DNA of 24,772 nt from a candidate division WOR-3 bacterium. Lineage in GTDB: Bacteria; Hydrothermota; Tepidihabitantia; Tepidihabitantales; Tepidihabitantaceae. Location: assembly GCA_965649205.1 (NCBI GenBank), contig CBFGJV010000026.1, forward strand, positions 1 through 24,772. The letters are read 5' to 3'. The notes beneath the pieces are model-generated. The model made no database searches. It saw only the letters and a program-made list of their open reading frames with translations, and was not told the origin of the DNA. Every line of letters starts with the position of its first letter. Position 1 is the first letter of the stretch. Both the position numbers and the translations under genes were made by a program. Positions 14,977 through 24,772 of the stretch are shown in pieces.

Positions 14977-15579
14977 GTGAAACCGGCAAAAGCAATCAAT
15001 GGTAGACGCGCGGCCATACTAGAGGCAGCGCTTCAGGTCGTAACGGTCAAGGGATACTATGAAACCAGAATCGACGATATAGCCCGCGCTGCCAACTGTG
15101 CCAAAGGCACAGTTTACTTGTACTTCCGGGACAAGCCAGATATCTACCTTGGACTGGTGGACTGGCTCTTGCGCCGAGCTCTACATATTGTATCCGAAAT
15201 AGACGCCCAGCCTCTCCCACCGGAGAAAAAACTGGCAATGATCTTCGCAGAATGGTCAGAACAGATATTCACACGCCCCGGTATCCTCGCCCTCGTTTCC
15301 CTGGAACACGCAAACGTACCAGGAGCAGCCGCCAAACGCTTCCAGAACACTATTCTTCCCCGTCTCAAAAAGATAGTTAAGGCTTTAGCCCGTATAATTC
15401 AACCTGGAATTAGCGCCGGCGTTTTCCGCCGAGTGGATGCCCGCCTTGCCGCGCTCGCGTTTCTGCAAGCATTCAGAACCGAAATTATAGCTCATCGCCA
15501 GAAAATCGGGATACGGAATCAACCAAACGAAGTGCTTGACCTTTTTTTGTCCGGTCTTTTGTCTAGAAGCAAGGAGTAA
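14977..15579 (+). CDS. TetR/AcrR family transcriptional regulator
   Basis: ILEAA...KGYYETRIDDIARAANCAKGTVYLYFRDK helix-turn-helix. Confidence 0.95.
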   Translation: MKPAKAINGRRAAILEAALQVVTVKGYYETRIDDIARAANCAKGTVYLYFRDKPDIYLGLVDWLLRRALHIVSEIDAQPLPPEKKLAMIFAEWSEQIFTRPGILALVSLEHANVPGAAAKRFQNTILPRLKKIVKALARIIQPGISAGVFRRVDARLAALAFLQAFRTEIIAHRQKIGIRNQPNEVLDLFLSGLLSRSKE

Positions 15580-15581
15580 CT

Positions 15582-16970
15582 ATGATTAAAATCAAAGCAG
15601 TCCCCACCGCGGTTCTGATCTTAGTAGCTATAACTATTGTCTCGGCTGAAACACTTCACCTAGACGCACGCGGTGCGGTAGAACGTGCCTTGGCCAATAA
15701 CCGCCAACTCGCCCTTGCTCAAGCGAAGCTAGAAGAAGCAGTCTACGGGAAAAATGTGGCTTTCGGCTCATTCCTCCCTCAATTGGCGGCAACCGGCAGC
15801 TATACACGCCTGGCCAGAGCAAATGAGTTCAAAATGTTCTCTGCGCACGACACGATAATGACTGTCCCCGTATTTGACCCCGCAGGCAATTACCTGGGCC
15901 AAACCGGGGTTCCGGTCCGAGTCCCTGTGGGAATTGACACCTTCAGCCTGAAGTTGGGGAGTACAAATAATTACGCAGCAGGACTTACTGCCCAACAGAC
16001 GCTTTTCACCTGGGGCAGACTCCTCAATGCCTATCGCATCGCCGGACTTTCGCTGGATATGCAGAAAGAAGCTGCCAGGCAAGCCCGCGCCCAAGTCCGG
16101 CTGGAGGCAGTGACAAATTTCTATCAGGCGCTGCTTGCACAGAAAACAGTAGAAGTAATGCACAGCTCCTACCAACAATTGGAAAGACATGTCGCTCAAG
16201 TGCGTTCGCTCTACGAAAATGGCTTAGCTTCACGACTAGACCTGATGAGAGCCACCTTGGGACTGCAACAAATGGAAGCACAGGTATCCCAGATGCAGAA
16301 CGCCGCAGACCTTGCTCTTGCTGCTCTTCGTCTTACTCTCGGCCTCGAACCAGATGCACCGGTCAGTCTGGATGAAGAGTTGCAGCCAGATTCCCTGACC
16401 GTAAAACCAGAATCAGCTCAAACATTAGCTCTGGCCAACAGGCCGGAACTGAAACAGCTCCGTGACGCAGTACGCATCGCTGATTTGAGCGTACGCATCG
16501 CCCGAACCGCCAATCTACCGTCTGCATTTGCTCAATTCAATTACAGCTATCGTAATCCGGTCGGTTTTTCTGCTGAATGGGGCAGCGACTGGAACGCAAC
16601 TGCGGGTATCTCCTGGCCACTATTCACCGGCCTTTCCAATCACAGTAAACTGAAACAGGCCCAAGCCAGACTGCGGCAGGCCAAACTCGCGCTTTCTCTG
16701 GCCGAGGAAGGCATTCAGCTTGAAGTTCAAGCTGCCGTATCTGCCCTGAATCAGGAAGCGAAGAATACAGCCTATCAAACAGCCAATGTCCAACTTGCCG
16801 AAGATGCCTTGGCACTCGCCGAGAAACGTTATCAGAACGGCCTGTTGACAAACCTTGAATACTTAGACACGCAGGTCGCGCTAACCCAGGCTCGCGTCGC
16901 CCGCCTGAACGCTCTGGCCAATTATCAAATTGCCAGAGCCCGCCTGGCTAAAGCAATTGGTACAGAATAA
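15582..16970 (+). CDS. TolC family outer-membrane efflux protein
   Basis: Signal peptide; ALANN; FLPQL; two OEP repeats (YENGLASRLDL, YQNGLLTNLEY); SD AAGGAG. Confidence 0.93.
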   Translation: MIKIKAVPTAVLILVAITIVSAETLHLDARGAVERALANNRQLALAQAKLEEAVYGKNVAFGSFLPQLAATGSYTRLARANEFKMFSAHDTIMTVPVFDPAGNYLGQTGVPVRVPVGIDTFSLKLGSTNNYAAGLTAQQTLFTWGRLLNAYRIAGLSLDMQKEAARQARAQVRLEAVTNFYQALLAQKTVEVMHSSYQQLERHVAQVRSLYENGLASRLDLMRATLGLQQMEAQVSQMQNAADLALAALRLTLGLEPDAPVSLDEELQPDSLTVKPESAQTLALANRPELKQLRDAVRIADLSVRIARTANLPSAFAQFNYSYRNPVGFSAEWGSDWNATAGISWPLFTGLSNHSKLKQAQARLRQAKLALSLAEEGIQLEVQAAVSALNQEAKNTAYQTANVQLAEDALALAEKRYQNGLLTNLEYLDTQVALTQARVARLNALANYQIARARLAKAIGTE

Positions 16971-16994
16971 TCCCCGATGTCTAAAGGAGGAAGT

Positions 16995-17873
16995 ATGTCC
17001 CGAATTTTGACAACTCTTACGGTCCTGCTGGCAGCCTGTCCGCTCGCTTGCCAAATGCAAAGGAACAAACAGCAGAGCCGGCTCGCCCAGGCAGTGGCAG
17101 TCATTCCTGTCCGCCGGGCCACCGTACAACGTACCATACAACTGCTAGGCACCTTAGAAGGTGAAAAGCAAGCTATGGCAATGTCCAAGATAACCGGTCG
17201 GGTTACAGCAATCGTCCGGCCCGAAGGCTCTGCTGTCAACGAAGGAGATCCTATAGCCTACGTAGTTAACGACATTCCTGGCATGGACTACAAACCTGGG
17301 CCGGTTCTATCCCCCATATCCGGGACGGTAGGAAAAGTGTACGTTGAAATAGGTCAAACCATCACCCCCGCAACGCCGGTCGCAGTTGTTTCCAGCTTTT
17401 CCACTACAATCAAAGCTCGCGGTCTGGTCAGCGATGCTGACCTGCATCTCATAAGGCTTGGCGCTCCGGCACAGGTTTCGGTATCTGCCGTCCCAGATAC
17501 TGTCTTTGTCGGCAAGGTCAGCCGGGTTACGCCTATGGTAGACCCGCTCTCCCGCTCGGCAACAGTCGAAATATCCATCCCCAACAGTGGCCGACGGCTA
17601 ACACCAGGAATGACTGCCAGTATCAAACTACTGGCGGAAGAAAAGCAGGATGTAGTAGCCCTGCCGCTCGAGGCACTCTTCACCGACGGGTTTGCCCGTG
17701 TAGTAGTAGTCAAAGACCAGATAGCACGTTTTCGCAATATCAAAACCGGACTGGTGGGCGACTCGCTTGTTGAGGTGATAACCGGTCTGGAACCTGGCGA
17801 AAAAGTTGTCACTACCGGAAAAGAAAGAGTACGGGACGGCGAAACAGTAAATCCAGTTGAGGTGAACCAATGA
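16995..17873 (+). CDS. RND efflux periplasmic adaptor (membrane fusion protein)
   Basis: ATG 16995 after SD AAGGAGG; lipoyl half-motifs (KITGRV, SPISGTV) with almost no helical hairpin between them; LTPGM; GLEPGEKVV. Confidence 0.92.
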   Translation: MSRILTTLTVLLAACPLACQMQRNKQQSRLAQAVAVIPVRRATVQRTIQLLGTLEGEKQAMAMSKITGRVTAIVRPEGSAVNEGDPIAYVVNDIPGMDYKPGPVLSPISGTVGKVYVEIGQTITPATPVAVVSSFSTTIKARGLVSDADLHLIRLGAPAQVSVSAVPDTVFVGKVSRVTPMVDPLSRSATVEISIPNSGRRLTPGMTASIKLLAEEKQDVVALPLEALFTDGFARVVVVKDQIARFRNIKTGLVGDSLVEVITGLEPGEKVVTTGKERVRDGETVNPVEVNQ

Positions 17874-20800
17874 AACTCTCCGACGCTGCCATTCGCCGGC
17901 CGGTAACCACCGCAATGATTGCGGTCGGCCTTCTCGTATTTGGTCTCATTGGCGTAACCCGGATGCCGGTGGACGTGTATCCCGATGTAACCCTGCCAAT
18001 GGTGGTCATCGCCACCTTCTATCCCGGAGCGGGCCCGCTCGAAGTAGAATCTGAAATTTCCTCTCCCATTGAGCAGCGTGTCGGCACCATTTCCAATGTC
18101 AAGGATATTACTTCGCGTTCCCTCGAAAATCTGTCCATAGTCCAGATGCAATTTGAGTGGGGCACCAATCTGGACGCTGCCTCGGCAGACGTAAGAGACC
18201 GCCTTGACATGGCCACCTCACTCTTGCCCGACGGCGCTACAAAACCGTTTATCCTCAAGTTCGACCCTTCTATGATGCCCGTCATTCAGATGGGCATGTA
18301 CGGTGATGTGGACCTGATGACGCTCAGAGACGTAGCTGAGGACTTCGCCGACGGTCTCCAACGCGCGCCAGGCGTAGCCGCTGTCTCCGTCGCTGGCGGT
18401 ACGCGACGTCAGGTTCAGATTCAGATTGACCTTCGCGAACTGGCAGCTGCAGGCATAACCAACGAACAACTCATACAGACGCTAAAGACCCAGAATCTCA
18501 ACTATCCGGTTGGCGCCGTTTCCCATCTTGACCGCCGTTACCTCATCCGGCTCATTGGCGAGTATTCAAACCTGCAAGCTGTGCGTAATACAGTCATCGG
18601 TATGAAGGGCGGCGCTCCCCTGCTTCTGCAGGACATAGCCGAAGTCACCTGGCTTCCCGAGGAAACCGAAGCCCGCGCCCGCTACGACGGACAAAACTGC
18701 GTTTTCATCGTCGTCCAACGCCGACCCGATGCCAACACTGTGCGAGTAGCCCAGGCAGTTAAGAAGGAAATCCAACGGCTGCGCCGTACGCTTCCGGCAG
18801 GAGTTGACGTAAACATCTTCTTCGATTCATCGCTGCAAGTTAACCGCTCGATCTCCAATGTCACTACCAACATCATCATCGGTGGCATTCTTGCGGTTAT
18901 GATTCTTTTCCTTTTCCTGCGTCGGTTCCGAGCCACTATGTTTGTAGCCTTTTCCATCCCGGTTTCTATCTTCTTTGCTGTCTTTTTCATGTACATCTTT
19001 GGTTTCTCCGTCAACATTCTCTCCATGGCCGGCCTCGCCATTGCCGTCGGCATGGTCGTGGACAACGGCATCGTTGCCTTTGAGAACATCTTCCGGCATC
19101 GAGAGGAGGGAGAAGATCCATTTCTGGCAGCAAGCACTGGTACCAGCGAAATCGCTATGGCTATCACCGCTTCCACCCTCACCACGGTGGTCGTATTTCT
19201 GCCCATGCTGTTGGTTTCCGGCTTGCTGCAAGTATTCTTCAAGGAACTGGTTTGGGCCGTGGTAGGTTCGCTAGTGGCCTCGCTGGCCGTTGCTCTCACC
19301 CTTATTCCTATGCTCTCCAGCCGCTTTCTTAAAATGCCGGTGCCAAAAGCGAAAGAGTCTGGTCTGCGGACCTGGAGTGAGCAGGTGTATAAGAGACTTG
19401 AAAAACGCTATGCCCAAATACTCGGGTGGGCTCTAAGTCACCGCCGGCTTGTAGTTCTTGTCGCCGTACTACTCTTTCTCGCCAGTCTCTTTCTGGTTCC
19501 TTTCATCGGCCGCGAGTTTATGCCCGTACAGGAAAGTTGGTTCCATACCGTAACCGCCGAAATGCCAGTGGGCACGTCAGCCGAAAAAACAGATTCTGCC
19601 GTCACCCAGCTCGAACGGTACATCAGAACAACATGGGGTGAAGAACTTGAGGGCATATCAGTTCAGGTTGGCGGCAGCACAAATGTGTTCTCCGCCATCT
19701 TCGGCAGCACCGGCTCCAACATAGGAACAATGAACCTCATTCTCAAAGACCGTGCCAGGCGCAAACATTCCCTGGCCGAGATTGACGCAGGCATACGCCG
19801 CGAAGCCGCTACAATTCCCGGTCTCAGGGTACGTACTGACGAACGCTCCCTTGCCACTTTTATGGGCGGCTCAGCTCCAATCGAAATCGACATCACCGGC
19901 TACGACTTGACAATTGCTGATTCACTCACGCGTATGGTCATATCCGCTATTGACACGATACCCGGATTGGTGGACATTCGGTCCAGCCGTGAACCTGGCA
20001 AACCTGAAATTCAACTTGTAGTCGACCGACAGAAAGCCGCGCTCTACGGACTGACCCCCTATCAGATAGGTGCCGCCCTGCGCACCCAGATAGAAGGCTA
20101 TGCTGCCAGCCAATTCCGTTTGGGGGGCAAAGAGTACGACATACTCCTCCGACTCCGCCCGGATCAGCGCAATACGATTGCGGATATACTGGGACTCGCC
20201 GTCAACGGGCCCATGGGCACGGTACCGCTGCGGAATCTGGTAACAGTACGTACTGGCACCAGCCCTCTGGTCATCGAACACAGAAACACGGCCCGTATCG
20301 TCAGAATAACTGGAAAGAACGTAGGCAAGTCCTCAGGGCAACTGGCGCAGGAAGTAAGTCGGGCCATACGCGGAATCCCGATTCCACCGGGGTTCGACAT
20401 CAGACTATCCGGTTCCTACGAAGAGATGGTACGTACCTTCAAAGACCTGAGTCTGGTGGTGATAGTAGCGCTGTTACTGGTTTATATGGTAATGGCGTCT
20501 CAGTTCGAATCGTTCCGCGACCCGTTCATTATCATGTTCACTGTCCCCTTTGCCCTTATCGGCGTACTCTGGACTCTATTTCTCACCAAGACGGCACTGT
20601 CGGTAACTTCCGGTTTGGGCGTCCTTGTACTCATGGGCATAGTGGTGAATAACGGTATCGTGTACATCGACTACACCAGACAACTCAGAGCCAAAGGCAT
20701 GGCGCTTCTTGACGCCGTGAAAGAAGCAGGGCGGGTGCGACTGCGACCCATTCTCATGACCTCACTTACCACTATTTTCGGACTAATACCGCTTGCGCTC

Positions 20801-20971
20801 CAGATAGGCGAAGGTTCGGAACTATGGTCGCCCCTGGGCCGGGCCATAGTAGGAGGAATGCTGGTATCGACCTTCCTCCCCTTAGTTTTCATACCCGTAC
20901 TCTATGTCATCTTTGAGATGCGTTCCGAGCGCAAAAGGCTAAAGCAAGAAAAAACTGGCGGCCAAAACTAA
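17870..20971 (+). CDS. RND efflux permease (AcrB/AcrD/AcrF family)
   Basis: AIRRPV, GMVVDNGIV, ASTLTT, GIVVNNGIV and RLRPILMT motifs; ATGA overlap with the MFP gene. Confidence 0.96.
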   Translation: MKLSDAAIRRPVTTAMIAVGLLVFGLIGVTRMPVDVYPDVTLPMVVIATFYPGAGPLEVESEISSPIEQRVGTISNVKDITSRSLENLSIVQMQFEWGTNLDAASADVRDRLDMATSLLPDGATKPFILKFDPSMMPVIQMGMYGDVDLMTLRDVAEDFADGLQRAPGVAAVSVAGGTRRQVQIQIDLRELAAAGITNEQLIQTLKTQNLNYPVGAVSHLDRRYLIRLIGEYSNLQAVRNTVIGMKGGAPLLLQDIAEVTWLPEETEARARYDGQNCVFIVVQRRPDANTVRVAQAVKKEIQRLRRTLPAGVDVNIFFDSSLQVNRSISNVTTNIIIGGILAVMILFLFLRRFRATMFVAFSIPVSIFFAVFFMYIFGFSVNILSMAGLAIAVGMVVDNGIVAFENIFRHREEGEDPFLAASTGTSEIAMAITASTLTTVVVFLPMLLVSGLLQVFFKELVWAVVGSLVASLAVALTLIPMLSSRFLKMPVPKAKESGLRTWSEQVYKRLEKRYAQILGWALSHRRLVVLVAVLLFLASLFLVPFIGREFMPVQESWFHTVTAEMPVGTSAEKTDSAVTQLERYIRTTWGEELEGISVQVGGSTNVFSAIFGSTGSNIGTMNLILKDRARRKHSLAEIDAGIRREAATIPGLRVRTDERSLATFMGGSAPIEIDITGYDLTIADSLTRMVISAIDTIPGLVDIRSSREPGKPEIQLVVDRQKAALYGLTPYQIGAALRTQIEGYAASQFRLGGKEYDILLRLRPDQRNTIADILGLAVNGPMGTVPLRNLVTVRTGTSPLVIEHRNTARIVRITGKNVGKSSGQLAQEVSRAIRGIPIPPGFDIRLSGSYEEMVRTFKDLSLVVIVALLLVYMVMASQFESFRDPFIIMFTVPFALIGVLWTLFLTKTALSVTSGLGVLVLMGIVVNNGIVYIDYTRQLRAKGMALLDAVKEAGRVRLRPILMTSLTTIFGLIPLALQIGEGSELWSPLGRAIVGGMLVSTFLPLVFIPVLYVIFEMRSERKRLKQEKTGGQN

Positions 20972-21597
20972 ACCACCTCGCCACCAGCTTCTCTAAACGC
21001 TCGATTTGCCAAGTCTTGAGCTGCAGCCAGACTGGCATAGAATGCACCTTCTCCGATATACATTCGGAGATAGCGCAAAGCCTTGTCCAGCATTTCTATC
21101 TGCAGTTCGGGCACGCTATTGGCCGTAGCCTGAAGAACAGCCACGACTGAATCTATCAAAGCTTCTTCACTCACCCCCGCTGGAACTTCAAGTGCCAAAT
21201 CCAGGTCAGCAGCCATAACAGTACGCAGAAGCACTGCTCTTACTTCTCTTACCGCCAGTACACCCTGGTTATCAACCAGCCGCACGCGATCAGAAATACC
21301 GGCATATCTGAACAGGTCTGAACCCGGCCAGATACCTTGTTCCACTATATCTGCGATCATCTGCCGCAGATTCATTCCGAATACGTGCAATCTGGAATGG
21401 TCGCGAGGATAACGAGACAGTACGTGCGTATAGTAGTGCACCGCAAGCAGAACTCGCCACTCGACTGGGGGCCGGCGAGAATGTTCCTCAAAAGTAACCT
21501 GGTAAGCCCTGACTCCAGGCTGACCTTCACCAATCTTTACTCGCAAACCATACAGAATGTTCACCCCGTGGTCTTTTCTATGCTGCGGTTCGCTCAC
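20968..21597 (-). CDS. Hypothetical protein, 209 aa
   Basis: GTG start with a strong SD (GGAGGT), 18 nt after the glnS stop; fills the gap exactly; no family recognised. Confidence 0.75.
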   Translation of the reverse strand: MSEPQHRKDHGVNILYGLRVKIGEGQPGVRAYQVTFEEHSRRPPVEWRVLLAVHYYTHVLSRYPRDHSRLHVFGMNLRQMIADIVEQGIWPGSDLFRYAGISDRVRLVDNQGVLAVREVRAVLLRTVMAADLDLALEVPAGVSEEALIDSVVAVLQATANSVPELQIEMLDKALRYLRMYIGEGAFYASLAAAQDLANRAFREAGGEVV

Positions 21598-21615
21598 TTA
21601 CGTACCTCCGCCCTA

Positions 21616-23322
21616 TCACGACTCAGCACTCTCCCTGAGTCTTCGCTCGATCTTGGCCCACTCATCCTTTAGCGTCACCGCCCGATTGAACACCAGTCTA
21701 CCCGGAGACATTCCCTCAGCCTTTCCTGTATCAGGGTCACAACAAAAATATCCCAGTCGTTCGAACTGGAACTTATCCCCCGGCACAGCCTCAGCCAGAC
21801 TCGGCTCCAACTTGCAGCCTGTGAGCACCACCAGAGAATCCGGATTTAGGTTTGATTTCCAGTCCTGTCCTTCAGGTACATCTTCTGGATCTGGTTTAGA
21901 AAAGAGCCGGTCGTAAAGCCGCACTTCCGCCTCAATCGCATGACGAGCAGAAACCCAGTGTAGCGTTGACTTCACTTTTCTTTTATCCGGAGCATCACCG
22001 CCCCGGGTGGCTGGGTCATAAACGCAGTGAACCTCAACTACTTCTCCCTTTTCGTTCTTCACCACACCCACGCACCTGACAAAATAAGCATACCTTAACC
22101 GTACCTCACGCCCTACACTCAATCTATAATACTTTGGCGGCGGCACCTCCCGGAAATCTTGCTGTTCGATGTATAATACTCGTGAAAAAGGAACTTTGCG
22201 GGTACCGGCAGACGGATCCTCCGGGTTGTTCACACATTCGAACTCCTCCACCAAATCATCCGGATAGTTGTCTATGACCAGTTTCAACGGCCGCAGGACC
22301 GCCATCTTCCGCAGCGCCTTCCGGTTCAGGTCCTCGCGCAAACAATGCTCCAGCAACTCTATCTGGCTAACCGTCTCTGCCTTGGCTACGCCCACCCGAC
22401 GCAGAAACTCCCTGATTGCTTCCGGCGTATAACCCCGACGTCTCAAACCGGCCAGCGTTGGCATTCTGGGGTCGTCCCATCCTTTCACATATCCGCCCTC
22501 CACCAGTTCCAAAAGACGCCGCTTGGACATTACTGTATAAGTCAGATTCAGCCGGGCAAACTCAATCTGGCGCGAGGGGAAAATCCCCAGTTCTCTTATG
22601 AACCACTCATAAAGAGGACGATGGTCTTCAAACTCCAGAGAGCAGAGCGAATGGGTAACCTTCTCTATTGCATCGGACTGACCATGTGCCCAGTCATAGG
22701 TAGGATATATGCACCATTTATCCCCGGTGCGGTGGTGATGAGCATGCATTATGCGATACATGACCGGATCGCGCATATTCAGATTGGGTGAAGCCATGTC
22801 GATCTTGGCGCGCAACGTACGAGAACCGTCCGGAAACTCGCCCTTGCGCATCCGTTCAAACAAATCCAGGTTTTCCTCCACAGACCGATTCCGATACGGA
22901 CTGTTCCTGCCCGGTTCTGTCAGGGTGCCTCGGTACTCCCGTATCTCGTCCGCAGAAAGGTCGCATACGTAAGCTTTCCCCGCTTTGATAAGCTGAATGG
23001 CCCACTGGTAAAGTTGCTCGAAGTAATCCGAAGCGTGATACTCTCTATCGCCCCAGTCATAGCCGAGCCAACGTATGTCTTCCTTGATAGCTTCAACATA
23101 CTCAGTTTCCTCTTTTGTCGGATTCGTGTCGTCGAACCGCAGATTACATTTACCTCCGTACTTTTCCGCTATGCCGAAATCAATACTTATCGCCTTGGCA
23201 TGGCCTATATGTAATCTGCCGTTGGGCTCAGGCGGAAATCTGGTCTGAACATGATCAAACCTGCCTGTTCGCAGATCTTCTTCAACTGCTTCTTCTATGA
23301 AGTTCTTACCGCTTGCCGACAC
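21616..23322 (-). CDS. glnS: Glutamine--tRNA ligase
   Basis: [46 protein letters not shown] and QFERLGYF motifs; no C-terminal YqeY appendage; SD AAGGAGGA. Confidence 0.97.
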   Translation of the reverse strand: MSASGKNFIEEAVEEDLRTGRFDHVQTRFPPEPNGRLHIGHAKAISIDFGIAEKYGGKCNLRFDDTNPTKEETEYVEAIKEDIRWLGYDWGDREYHASDYFEQLYQWAIQLIKAGKAYVCDLSADEIREYRGTLTEPGRNSPYRNRSVEENLDLFERMRKGEFPDGSRTLRAKIDMASPNLNMRDPVMYRIMHAHHHRTGDKWCIYPTYDWAHGQSDAIEKVTHSLCSLEFEDHRPLYEWFIRELGIFPSRQIEFARLNLTYTVMSKRRLLELVEGGYVKGWDDPRMPTLAGLRRRGYTPEAIREFLRRVGVAKAETVSQIELLEHCLREDLNRKALRKMAVLRPLKLVIDNYPDDLVEEFECVNNPEDPSAGTRKVPFSRVLYIEQQDFREVPPPKYYRLSVGREVRLRYAYFVRCVGVVKNEKGEVVEVHCVYDPATRGGDAPDKRKVKSTLHWVSARHAIEAEVRLYDRLFSKPDPEDVPEGQDWKSNLNPDSLVVLTGCKLEPSLAEAVPGDKFQFERLGYFCCDPDTGKAEGMSPGRLVFNRAVTLKDEWAKIERRLRESAES

Positions 23323-23323
23323 G

Positions 23324-24772
23324 TCACTCCTCCTTCGTTGGAGCTACAATTGACCGGGCGTGACTCAATGCCCGGTCAATCCTCGCCAGACAACTCTTCT
23401 TCCCCAATATCGCCATTGTCTCAAACATTCCGAAACCTACCGCTTTACCGGTCAGGGCAACTCGTAAGGCGTGAATTATCTGACTGGTCTTGATACCTTC
23501 TGCGGTAACAAACTCCTGTAATAGCCGCTCCAGCGAAACGGCATCAAACCGCTTCTCTGCCGCCAACTTCGCCCGAAACTGTTCCAGCAACCTCACCGGC
23601 TCAGCTTTACCTAGAACTTTGCGGAAGGCGCTCTCATTATAGACCAGACGCTCGTCTGGTACAAAAAAATCCGCATAATCAAGAATATCACCCGCCACCT
23701 TGATTCTGTCGCCAGCCGCCTCCACAATCCTCCGCAATTTCTCCCTCAATTCCGGGCGGCAATCTCCTTCCTCAACTAGTCCTGCTTTTTCTAAAAAAGG
23801 CAACACTAGTTTCACCCTCTCCTCTAAGCTGAGCTCCATCATGTGCCTTACTTCGAACGCCATAAGCCGATGCGGGTCAAAACTGGCAGGTGAACGGATC
23901 ACCCGCTCAAGCGAAAAAACCCTCACCAGTTCCTCGCGTGTGAAATGTTCGGTCCTGTCATCAAAAGACCAACCCAGCAGCGCCAAGTAATTGACCACCG
24001 CCTGGGGAAGAAAACCAGTCTGACGATAAAAGTCCACAAAAACGGGATTCAATGTCTCTGGCACCGTATCATGGCCCAAGCCACGCCATATTTTTTCGCC
24101 CCGCTGCATAAGCTCGGCGAAATCTCTATTCTTCATGTATTCCTTTGTTCTACGCTTACTTAGCTTATTCTTACTGCCCGGCTCCGCTACGTATGGCAGA
24201 TGCGCAAATTTGGGCAAAGGCTTGCCCAAAGCCTCAAGGATGAATATCTGTCGTGGCGTATTGGAGAGATGCTCCTCTGCTCGTATAACATGCGTGATAC
24301 CCATCTCCGCATCATCAACCACACTGGCCAGATGATACAGAAAAGTACCATCCTGGCGTTGAATTACGTGATCCTGCTCTCGTTCCCAGTCGAACTCTAC
24401 TCGTCCTCTTACCAAGTCTTCGATAACCAGCGTACCCGAGGCAGGCATTTTCAGGCGCACGACCGGTTTGCGGCCCATTGCCTCAAATCTATGCCGCTCC
24501 TCTGGCGTCTCGGCCATCCAGCGTCGGGAATAGCGAAATATGCCCTGCTTGGATTCAATCGCCTGTCTGCGCTCCGCCTCCAATTCCTCCGGCGTCGCAT
24601 AATCCCAGTAAGCATGACCAGTGCTCAACAGGTGTTCAACTGCCTTTCTGTAATGGTCTGTCCTCTGCGATTGAAAATAAGGGGCATAGGGACCTCCCTT
24701 ATCCGGTCCCTCATCCCATTCAAGCCCAAGCCAGCGCAAACCGTCAAGTATCGGCTGCAACACCTCAGCCAT
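23324..24772 (-). CDS. gltX: Glutamate--tRNA ligase (5' end lies outside the window)
   Basis: [47 protein letters not shown] and LRVALTG motifs. The HIGH motif is absent, so the Met at 24772 is internal. Confidence 0.97.
   Translation of the reverse strand: MAEVLQPILDGLRWLGLEWDEGPDKGGPYAPYFQSQRTDHYRKAVEHLLSTGHAYWDYATPEELEAERRQAIESKQGIFRYSRRWMAETPEERHRFEAMGRKPVVRLKMPASGTLVIEDLVRGRVEFDWEREQDHVIQRQDGTFLYHLASVVDDAEMGITHVIRAEEHLSNTPRQIFILEALGKPLPKFAHLPYVAEPGSKNKLSKRRTKEYMKNRDFAELMQRGEKIWRGLGHDTVPETLNPVFVDFYRQTGFLPQAVVNYLALLGWSFDDRTEHFTREELVRVFSLERVIRSPASFDPHRLMAFEVRHMMELSLEERVKLVLPFLEKAGLVEEGDCRPELREKLRRIVEAAGDRIKVAGDILDYADFFVPDERLVYNESAFRKVLGKAEPVRLLEQFRAKLAAEKRFDAVSLERLLQEFVTAEGIKTSQIIHALRVALTGKAVGFGMFETMAILGKKSCLARIDRALSHARSIVAPTKEE
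23349..23380. repeat. Perfect 11-bp inverted repeat inside the 3' end of gltX
   Basis: ATTGACCGGGC-N10-GCCCGGTCAAT. Confidence 0.8.

Noticed and set aside
17354..20892. Long antisense ORFs (265, 205, 134 aa and others) opposite the MFP/RND genes
   Set aside because: Shadow frames of well-conserved genes, with no motifs or SD. The same applies to the other overlapping short ORFs in the track.
1..24772. CRISPR array, IS element, or stop-codon recoding
   Set aside because: No spaced direct repeats or transposase were seen, and conserved proteins end at their expected C-termini under the standard code.

Overview
Bacterial chromosomal DNA, probably from a diderm FCB-superphylum lineage outside Bacteroidota such as WOR-3; this is inferred from a PorU/PorV pair, a FlgD/T9SS-type C-terminal domain and E. 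coli-like sigma70 promoters and SD sites. Minus strand, right to left: gltX (partial), glnS, unknown protein; tRNA-Ala(GGC), TPR lipoprotein, HNH nuclease, Omp85 paralogue, uppP, PorU-like C25 peptidase, PorV-like barrel, purA, hypB; PD-(D/E)xK-like protein, EEP nuclease, a 450-bp spacer, RmlA-type nucleotidyltransferase and the 5' end of polA. Plus strand: initiator tRNA-Met and a TetR-TolC-MFP-RND efflux operon. No transposase, integrase or CRISPR array was seen. Best leads: a ~180-nt rod-like fold-back (1014-1194) directly downstream of a two-nuclease operon; a T9SS-attachment-like envelope cluster led by a tRNA; a 24-aa uORF abutting tetR in frame; an 11-bp hairpin coded in the gltX tail before glnS; and promoters with frequent 16-bp spacers, two apparently leaderless. 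All folding and motif calls were made by eye.
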